Source: Mycobacteriaceae bacterium
GTDB lineage: Bacteria > Actinomycetota > Actinomycetes > Mycobacteriales > Mycobacteriaceae
Direction: 5' to 3'
NCBI GenBank assembly: GCA_037138615.1
Contig: JBAXIA010000003.1
Span: 7,006 to 71,005 of the forward strand
DNA length: 64,000 nt
Positions 55,725-64,000 of this stretch are shown one piece after another. The notes beneath the pieces were generated by a model. That model was given only the letters and a program-made list of their open reading frames with translations, had not been told where the DNA came from and did not search any database. Every line of letters starts with the position of its first letter. The first letter of the stretch is position 1. Both the position numbers and the translations under genes were made by a program.

Positions 55725-55791
55725 AAGCACCAGTGTTCCAGTCCGGACACCGCGGTCAACTACAGGGTGTAGTTCCTGTATCGGGCGAGGT

Positions 55792-57894
<2,103 letters not shown>

Positions 57895-57930
57895 GGCCGT
57901 CAATATACCCCTAGGGGGTATATTGATCAA
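57895..57930 (-). promoter_or_regulatory. Candidate leaderless promoter (-35 TTGATC, 17-nt spacer, -10 TATATT) overlapped by a CsoR/RicR-type inverted repeat (57901-57925)
   Basis: The minus strand reads ccaccTTGATCaatataccccctaggggTATATTgacggccATG. Arms CAATATACCCC / GGGGTATATTG (11 bp each) are separated by 3 nt. The -10 hexamer ends 7 nt before the ATG. Confidence 0.5.
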
Positions 57931-58180
57931 GGTGGGATTGCAGCGCCGCCCGTCGCAAACCTGCCACACCGAAGACACCCAGGACACCGGCCACCGTTGC
58001 CAACGCCAACGTCAGGACCATCATCGGCGGGTCGTAGACCACCGACACGGTGGCGGGCTGTCCGTCGGTGACCGGAGCCACATCGACCAGGCTCTTGACC
58101 TGCGACCAGCACAGCGCCGCACCGGCCACCGCCGCGACGGCCGCAATTAGCTGCGCGACATGTCGCACCCGAGCTTTCAT
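57911..58180 (-). CDS. Small two-helix membrane protein (Rv0514-like)
   Basis: MKARVRHVAQLIAAVAAVAGAAL... The ATG at 58180 overlaps the upstream stop (ATGA). The longer track ORF has an Arg/Gly-rich, non-protein-like N-terminus. Confidence 0.6.
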   Translation of the reverse strand: MKARVRHVAQLIAAVAAVAGAALCWSQVKSLVDVAPVTDGQPATVSVVYDPPMMVLTLALATVAGVLGVFGVAGLRRAALQSHLDQYTP

Positions 58181-58668
58181 CCGGCATCCACCAGGGTGGT
58201 CAATGCCGACCGCAACGCCTCGTGGTCGCGCGCCCAGGCCTGCGCGGTGCGATCGTTGATCAGCTTCAGTCCGATCCCGGTGCGCCTCTTGGGGACACCG
58301 TTGAGTTCCCCGAGCGCACGGGCCTCCTGCCATTTCTCCAGTGGCTCACCGGATTTCACAGTGTTCTCAGCCTCGGGGTAAACCGCGATGATCTCGCTGA
58401 TCGGCAGCGTCTCGGTACCCTGCCGCAACGTGTCGGCAGTCAGTTCGACACTGGTGTGGATACGCGCCGCCCGGACCTGCACCGCTAGGAATCCGCACAT
58501 CATCACCAGGAAGAACAGTGGCACGGTCGGCTGGAACCCCAGTCCCGCGCTGAACTGGATGAAGACCATCACCAGCGCACCCACCACACCCAGCCATAGC
58601 CAATGCCAGCTCGCGCCGTTCTCGAAGAACAGTCGTTCGCCGGTACCGGAGGCCGGGTTGTCAGACAT
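58177..58668 (-). CDS. Membrane protein (DUF3093-like, Rv0513-like)
   Basis: Two N-terminal helices followed by a soluble C-terminal domain. Length is 163 aa. Confidence 0.65.
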   Translation of the reverse strand: MSDNPASGTGERLFFENGASWHWLWLGVVGALVMVFIQFSAGLGFQPTVPLFFLVMMCGFLAVQVRAARIHTSVELTADTLRQGTETLPISEIIAVYPEAENTVKSGEPLEKWQEARALGELNGVPKRRTGIGLKLINDRTAQAWARDHEALRSALTTLVDAG

Positions 58669-59083
58669 CGGGCGCCACCGCGCGCCGGTTCATGATCAAC
58701 GTGCCGGCGATAATAGGCAGCAGGCTGAGCAGAGCCAGAATGTGAATGCGCAACTCGAAGCCAACGGCCAGTGAAACCAACACCACAATCGCCAATCCCA
58801 GGGCCGTCGCCGCCCGGCGGTACCGGGTATCACCGGCTCGGGCACGCCTGGCGAACCCCGCCAGTGCCACAGCCGCCAGTGCAAACAGCACTCCGACACC
58901 CCGATACAGCCGCAGATAGTTCCGAACAGACTGATCGGACACCGTCGGCGGGGCGGCCCGGCGCAGGGCGTCGAACCCCACCGTGGCGGCCATCAATCCA
59001 CCGAGCATCAACAAAACGGCACCTACGACAAGCAGCCAGAACGCAGTGGCGCTGCCGCCGGATCGTGGTTCACTCGCTGTCAT
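58661..59083 (-). CDS. Membrane protein, unknown function
   Basis: The ATG at 59083 (MTASEPRSGGSATAFWLLVVGAVLL...) avoids overlap with the upstream gene. It has four hydrophobic helices. Confidence 0.55.
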   Translation of the reverse strand: MTASEPRSGGSATAFWLLVVGAVLLMLGGLMAATVGFDALRRAAPPTVSDQSVRNYLRLYRGVGVLFALAAVALAGFARRARAGDTRYRRAATALGLAIVVLVSLAVGFELRIHILALLSLLPIIAGTLIMNRRAVAPDV

Positions 59084-59105
59084 ATCAGGCAACCCTAGCC
59101 GCAGA

Positions 59106-59540
59106 TCAGCGGGTGAAGAACTTGTGCGAGTCGGGGCGATGAAGTAGGTAGATGCCGCCGCCGATGAGCACCGAGCCGACAATGCCGGTGACCGCGAACA
59201 CCACCGCCGACACTGTTGGCCGCACGACGGTGATCAGGCTCGCCAGACTGTAGAAGATCGTGCCAAGCCCGCCACCGGTCAGCACGGTGCGGGTCCAGCG
59301 ATACCCCGACCGCATCAGAAGTAGAAAGGTGAGGGTCACCGCGCCGACGGCGAGTGTGAATGCGGTGCTGAGAACTGCAACGGCCATCGTGGCGCCGGTG
59401 GTGGTCGCGGTGAAATAGATGTCGACGATCTGTCCGATGATCAGTAGCGGCAGCGCGGCCAGCCACAGCCAGAAGCCAGTGTCGACGTCGGCGGGCCGCG
59501 ACGGTGTCGCGCTCGTCGGCTGCGCGCTCACGTCAGCCAA
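59106..59540 (-). CDS. Membrane protein, unknown function
   Basis: 144 aa with four hydrophobic helices, immediately downstream of hemB (13-nt overlap). Confidence 0.55.
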   Translation of the reverse strand: MADVSAQPTSATPSRPADVDTGFWLWLAALPLLIIGQIVDIYFTATTTGATMAVAVLSTAFTLAVGAVTLTFLLLMRSGYRWTRTVLTGGGLGTIFYSLASLITVVRPTVSAVVFAVTGIVGSVLIGGGIYLLHRPDSHKFFTR

Positions 59541-60508
59541 CCCGCCGCATCGGCCGCCCAGTAGGACAGCACGATATCCGCGCCGGCCCGGCGGATGCTG
59601 AGCAACGACTCCAGTGCCGAAGCACGGCAGTCCACCCAGCCATTGGCGGCCGCAGCGGCGATCATGGAGTACTCACCGGACACCTGATAGGCCGCCACCG
59701 GAACGGGGGAAATCTCCGCGGCGGCCCGAACGATATCGAGGTAGGCCATCGCCGGCTTGACCATCACGATGTCGGCACCCTCCTCGATATCGAGTGTGAT
59801 CTCGCGCAACGCCTCGCGGGAGTTACCGGTGTCCTGCTGGTAGGTGCGCCGATCCCCGTCAAGCCCGGAGCCAACGGCTTCCCGGAACGGTCCGTAGAAC
59901 GCCGAGGCGAATTTGGCTGCATAGGCCAGGATCGCCACATCGGAGAAACCGGCGGCATCGAGGCCATCCCGGATCGCCGCCACCTGACCGTCCATCATTC
60001 CGCTGGGACTGACAACGTGCACACCCGACTTCGCTTGGGCAACAGCGAGTTTGACGTACTGAGTGTTTGTGGCATCGTTGTCGACGCGGCCCGCATCGTC
60101 CACAATTCCGCAGTGGCCGTGGTCGGTGAACTCGTCGAGGCAGGTGTCGGCCATCAGCACCGTGGCATCGCCGAGATCGTTGGTCAGATCACGCAACGCG
60201 GCATTGAGGATGCCATCCGGACGCAGGCCGACCGAGCCGGTGGCGTCCCGGTCCTCGATACGTGGCACACCGAAGATCATCAGTCCGCCAACGCCGGCCG
60301 CGACGGCGTTGGCGGCCGCGCTGCGCAGCGAGTCCCGGGTGTGCTGTACGACGCCGGGCATCGACGCAATCGGTCGCGGGTCGTCGATGCCGTCGGCGAC
60401 GAACATCGGAAGTACCAGATGCCTTGGCTCAAGGGAAGTCTGAGCCACCAACCGGCGCATGGCGGCACTGGACCGCAGTCGACGCGGGCGATGCCTGGGG
60501 TACGACAT
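59528..60508 (-). CDS. hemB: Porphobilinogen synthase (delta-aminolevulinate dehydratase)
   Basis: RPRRLR..., active-site Lys regions (VMVKPA, YQVSGEY). Length is 326 aa. Confidence 0.95.
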   Translation of the reverse strand: MSYPRHRPRRLRSSAAMRRLVAQTSLEPRHLVLPMFVADGIDDPRPIASMPGVVQHTRDSLRSAAANAVAAGVGGLMIFGVPRIEDRDATGSVGLRPDGILNAALRDLTNDLGDATVLMADTCLDEFTDHGHCGIVDDAGRVDNDATNTQYVKLAVAQAKSGVHVVSPSGMMDGQVAAIRDGLDAAGFSDVAILAYAAKFASAFYGPFREAVGSGLDGDRRTYQQDTGNSREALREITLDIEEGADIVMVKPAMAYLDIVRAAAEISPVPVAAYQVSGEYSMIAAAAANGWVDCRASALESLLSIRRAGADIVLSYWAADAAGWLT

Positions 60509-60525
60509 GGCAGAAGCCGTTCGCC

Positions 60526-62199
60526 TTACCGGCGGCGGCTCTTCTTGCGCGGCGGCGGCAGTGCGCCCTCGGCACGCAGTCGGGCGGCATGCTGCGCCAG
60601 CGCATCGACCAATGGGCCGACGGCGGCGGTTTCCGGCTGCACATCGACGCGGAGGCCGAATTCCGCTGCAGTCTCAGCAGTCTTGGGGCCGATGCAGGCG
60701 ACAATGGTCCGGGAGTGCGGCTTGCCCGCGATACCGACAAGGTTGCGCACCGTCGAGGAGGAGGTGAAGCAGACCGCGTCGAATCCGCCGGACTTGATCA
60801 TCTCCCTGGTCTCAGCCGGTGGCGGTGCCGCCCGCACCGTGCGGTACGCGGTTACATCCTCGATTTCCCAACCGCGGTCCCGCAGGCCCTCGGACAGCGT
60901 CTCGGTGGCGATATCTGCGCGGGGCAGCAGCACCCGGTTGACCGGGTCGAAAATGCTGTCGTAATCGGGGAACTCGTCGAGCAGACCGAGTGAGGACTGT
61001 TCGCCGGCGGGCACCAACTCGGGGCTGATCCCGAACGCGCGAACCCGATCAGCGGTTGCCTCACCGACACAGGCGATCTTCACACCGGAGAATGCCCGAG
61101 CGTCGAGACCGAACTCGGCGAACTTCTCCCACACCGCTCGCACGGCATTCGTTGAGGTGAAGACGACCCACTGGAAACGGCCATCGACCAAACCCTTCAC
61201 GGCCCGCTCCATCTGGGCAGGGCTGCGCGGTGGCTCGACGGCGATGGTCGGCACTTCGATCGGCAGCGCGCCATGCGAGGTCAGCCGCTCGCTCATCTCG
61301 CCGGCCTGATCCTTGGTGCGCGGCACCAGCACCGTCCAGCCGTACAGTGCCCGACTCTCCCACCAGTTCAGCTTGTTGCGGTGGGTCACAGTCCGGCCCA
61401 CGGTGACAACCAAAGGTCCGGCCAGCGGACCGGCCGGATCGCCGGCGCCCGGCGCGGTGCGTTCGGTCAGCCCCCGCAGAGTCGACTCCACCGAACGCTG
61501 TGCGCAGCTGGTGCCCTCAGCGGTTACGACACACGGCGTCGTCTCGGACAGTCCAAACTCGATCAGTGTGCGGGCGGCCTCGGCCAGGTGTGACACCGTC
61601 GCGGTGAGGATCAGTGGGCCGGGCGCCGCGGCCAACGCCGCCCAGTCGACCTGGCCGCGCACATCAGCGACGGTGTGGGTGGAGCCCAGGGGTAATCCGG
61701 CATAGGTGGGAACTGCGACGGTGGCCGGCAAGCCCGGTACGACGTCGAAGACCACCTGGGTGCGTGAGACGGCGTTGACCTCGGTGATGACCGAGTCCAC
61801 CGAGAATGGGTCACCGGCAACCAGGCGGACGACGTCGGCGCCTGCCTTTGCCTCAGCGACAAGGGTCTTGGCCACCTCGGCGGGCTCACCAAGTGCCGGC
61901 CGGATATCCGGACCCACCGCTACCACCGGCGGGGCGGTCTGATCTGCACCCTCGGCCGATACGTTCGGCGCGGGGACCGGGCCCACCGCGGGAGGAAGCG
62001 CGGTACCGACAACGGCCAACACCGCAGGCGGAACGTCGGGATCGGTGAAAACCAGGGCGGCGTTGGCCAGCACACTGCGCGCACGAGTCGTCAGCAGGCC
62101 GGGGTCGCCCGGACCTGATCCGACGAACGTGATGCGTCCCGGCTTCGGCTTGCGCCCGCGGCCGCTCCCGCTACCAGTCATCTTCACTCCCGTTCCCAC
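60526..62199 (-). CDS. hemD: Bifunctional uroporphyrinogen-III C-methyltransferase / uroporphyrinogen-III synthase (Rv0511-like)
   Basis: N-terminal TP-methylase start (ITFVGSGPGDPGLLT) and a C-terminal HemD-fold half. Length is about 557 aa, as in the M. tuberculosis fusion. Confidence 0.9.
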   Translation of the reverse strand: MGTGVKMTGSGSGRGRKPKPGRITFVGSGPGDPGLLTTRARSVLANAALVFTDPDVPPAVLAVVGTALPPAVGPVPAPNVSAEGADQTAPPVVAVGPDIRPALGEPAEVAKTLVAEAKAGADVVRLVAGDPFSVDSVITEVNAVSRTQVVFDVVPGLPATVAVPTYAGLPLGSTHTVADVRGQVDWAALAAAPGPLILTATVSHLAEAARTLIEFGLSETTPCVVTAEGTSCAQRSVESTLRGLTERTAPGAGDPAGPLAGPLVVTVGRTVTHRNKLNWWESRALYGWTVLVPRTKDQAGEMSERLTSHGALPIEVPTIAVEPPRSPAQMERAVKGLVDGRFQWVVFTSTNAVRAVWEKFAEFGLDARAFSGVKIACVGEATADRVRAFGISPELVPAGEQSSLGLLDEFPDYDSIFDPVNRVLLPRADIATETLSEGLRDRGWEIEDVTAYRTVRAAPPPAETREMIKSGGFDAVCFTSSSTVRNLVGIAGKPHSRTIVACIGPKTAETAAEFGLRVDVQPETAAVGPLVDALAQHAARLRAEGALPPPRKKSRRR

Positions 62200-62205
62200 T
62201 GCCTA

Positions 62206-63156
62206 TCACGCCAGTCCGATCGACATGACTTCGCGCGCACCGAGTTCGAACAGCTCCGCGGCGACCGAGAGCCCAAGCTCTGCGGGCCGGCCGGGGTTGC
62301 CGATACCGGACGCACGGATCACATCGGATCCGTCCACCGCCGCCACGCATGCGCGCAGTGACAGTTCCTCGAAGACGCGGCCGTCGTCATCGATGGACTC
62401 GACCACCTCCGCGATCGCGCCCACCGGTGCGGAACAACCCGCCTCCAAGTCGGCCAAAAGGGTTCGCTCCGCAACGACCGCGGTGCGACTGTCGGGGTCG
62501 TCAAACCCCGCCAACAGCGCCGCGAGACCGGTATCACCCGCGCGACATTCCAGCGCGAGCGCACCTTGAGCCGGTGCTGGGACCATCTGCACCGCCTCCA
62601 GTGTCTCCGTGACGTCTCCGAGTCGTCCGAGGCGAGCCAGACCCGCCCGGGCTACCACGATGGCGTCAAGATCACCGCTGCCTACCCTGTTCAACCTGGT
62701 GTCCAGATTGCCTCTTAGGGGGCGGATTTCCAAACCCAGACCCAGTGCTCTAAGCTGCGCCGCCCTCCGGACGGATGACGTGCCGACAACTGAACCCACC
62801 GGCAACTCACCGAGCACCAGTCCGTCACGGGCCACCAGGGCGTCACGCGGATCCCCGCGGCGTGGCACGGCGGCAATCACGAACCGCTCATCGAAAGCCG
62901 TCGGCAAATCCTTGTAGGAGTGCACGGCCATATCGACCTGGCCAGTGGCGATCGCCTCGCGCAGAGCCGCGGTGAAGACTCCTACACCGATTTCGGCGAC
63001 CGGCTTGGACGATCGGTCCCCCTCGGTCGCGATGATGACCAACTCGGCCCGATGGCCGCGTTCGATAAGCTGATCGCGGATTGTCCCGGCCTGTGTCCTG
63101 GCCAGCAGACTTCCCCGGGTACCGATCCGGATCACTGAATCGTCGCTGGCGGCCAA
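62206..63156 (-). CDS. hemC: Hydroxymethylbilane synthase (porphobilinogen deaminase)
   Basis: [15 protein letters not shown]..., RGNLDTRL, and the dipyrromethane Cys region [11 protein letters not shown]. Confidence 0.95.
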   Translation of the reverse strand: MAASDDSVIRIGTRGSLLARTQAGTIRDQLIERGHRAELVIIATEGDRSSKPVAEIGVGVFTAALREAIATGQVDMAVHSYKDLPTAFDERFVIAAVPRRGDPRDALVARDGLVLGELPVGSVVGTSSVRRAAQLRALGLGLEIRPLRGNLDTRLNRVGSGDLDAIVVARAGLARLGRLGDVTETLEAVQMVPAPAQGALALECRAGDTGLAALLAGFDDPDSRTAVVAERTLLADLEAGCSAPVGAIAEVVESIDDDGRVFEELSLRACVAAVDGSDVIRASGIGNPGRPAELGLSVAAELFELGAREVMSIGLA

Positions 63157-63161
63157 GCGTT

Positions 63162-64000
63162 CTACTCGGCGCCGTCAGGTCGACCGGTATCGGATTCCAT
63201 TGCAGGCGAGATGATTTCACCTGATGCAACGGCGTCGACGGACTGCGGATCGAGTTCGAATAATTCCCGTAACGCCTCGGCATAGGTGTTGCCACCCGGT
63301 GCGGCTGCCAGTTGCTTGATCCGCACCGTAGGGGCATGCAACAACTTGTCGACGACTCTGCGCACGGTCCGGCCCACTTCGTCGCGCTGGGCGTCATCCA
63401 GGCCCGGCAACCGGTGCTCCAACCGCAGCAACTCGGTCTCCACCACGTCGGCCGCCCGCTGCCGCAGCGCCGTCACGGTGGGGGTCACCTCCGCCATCCG
63501 CTGGCTGGCCAGGTACGCAGCAACCTCAGCCGCGACGATCTGGCGGGCGGCGTCGGCGTCGGCAGTGGCCGCCCGCGCTGACGGCTCGCGCTGGATGCGG
63601 TCCATGTCGATCACCGAGACGCCGGGCAACCCGGCGACGGCGGGATCAATATCGCGCGGCATCCCGAGGTCACACAGCACCAACGGCTCGCCAAATTCGC
63701 CGCGCTGCCCGGCGGCCAGCGCGTGGTGGACGTCGGCCAGTGTCACGACCGGGCGTACCGCCCCGGTGCAGCTGACCACCAGATCGACGGCTGCCATGGC
63801 CGCCGGTAACTGGTCAAGGGTCATCGCCTGAGCGCTCGCCCCCTGCTCGTTGAGGCTCTGCGCCAATCGTTGGGCCCGGGGCAACGAACGATTGACGACG
63901 TTGACGTGCGCCACCCCCAGCCGGACGAGGTGCGCGGCCGTCAGGGCGCCTATCGAGCCGGCGCCGATCACGGTTGCGGTTCGTCCGGTCAGTGCGGTGT
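63162..64000 (-). CDS. hemA: Glutamyl-tRNA reductase, C-terminal part (gene continues past the right edge)
   Basis: NADPH-binding GAGSIG and a dimerisation helix region. The frame stays open to the window end beyond the track's internal Met at 63971. Confidence 0.9.
   Translation of the reverse strand, partial: TALTGRTATVIGAGSIGALTAAHLVRLGVAHVNVVNRSLPRAQRLAQSLNEQGASAQAMTLDQLPAAMAAVDLVVSCTGAVRPVVTLADVHHALAAGQRGEFGEPLVLCDLGMPRDIDPAVAGLPGVSVIDMDRIQREPSARAATADADAARQIVAAEVAAYLASQRMAEVTPTVTALRQRAADVVETELLRLEHRLPGLDDAQRDEVGRTVRRVVDKLLHAPTVRIKQLAAAPGGNTYAEALRELFELDPQSVDAVASGEIISPAMESDTGRPDGAE

Noticed and set aside
59504-60964. 486-aa plus-strand ORF antisense to hemB and hemD
   Set aside because: The opposite strand carries unmistakable HemB and HemD/CysG sequences. 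The ORF's composition (Arg/Gly/Ala-rich) is that of a shadow frame.

Overview
High-GC actinobacterial chromosome segment that looks like Mycobacterium. Many products match N-termini and motifs I recall from M. tuberculosis proteins (HadB, RpmG2, HtpX, MenD, MenB, GrcC1). I found about 75 genes and no rRNA, CRISPR array, transposase or prophage. From memory of M. tuberculosis gene order (not checked), positions ~14.7-64 kb read as the reverse complement of the Rv0509-Rv0566c neighbourhood. That stretch holds hemA/C/D/B, small membrane proteins, hemL, the Rv0525-0526-ccdA-resB-ccsA cytochrome c maturation operon and menA. It continues with MTAP, galE3, Rv0539/0540/0541c-like genes, menE, pitA, menB, fadD8-like, menC, bpoC-like and menD. 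It ends with the ubiE-type methyltransferase, menJ, grcC1, htpX, gpsA, a flavin monooxygenase and yajQ. The left end (1-6 kb) is the hadB-hadA-rpmG-tRNA-Met-tRNA-Thr ... glyoxalase II-echA3 neighbourhood. Between the two lies a block (~6-14.7 kb) with no counterpart in that neighbourhood: an SDR, a STAS-like protein, an L,D-transpeptidase lipoprotein, a NYN-LOTUS protein, a NERD-helicase, cspA, DUF5994, a membrane protein, a low-GC methyltransferase and tRNA-Tyr. The findings I rank highest are listed here. (1) Four tandem paralogues of an uncharacterised exported-protein family sit next to the tRNA pair. (2) A tightly coupled five-gene operon joins the Rv0539/Rv0540-type transferases to a fused AdoMet-decarboxylase/spermidine-synthase, a membrane-anchored molybdopterin oxidoreductase and a 4-TM protein. 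(3) A MARF1-like NYN-LOTUS gene lies convergent with a NERD-SF1 helicase. (4) A low-GC coclaurine-N-methyltransferase-like gene abuts the 3' end of tRNA-Tyr. (5) A copper P-type ATPase inserted next to hemL carries a CsoR/RicR-type palindrome over an apparently leaderless promoter, with no csoR gene in the window. Most other long ORFs in the six-frame track are Arg/Pro/Ala-rich shadow frames typical of high-GC DNA, and I rejected them.
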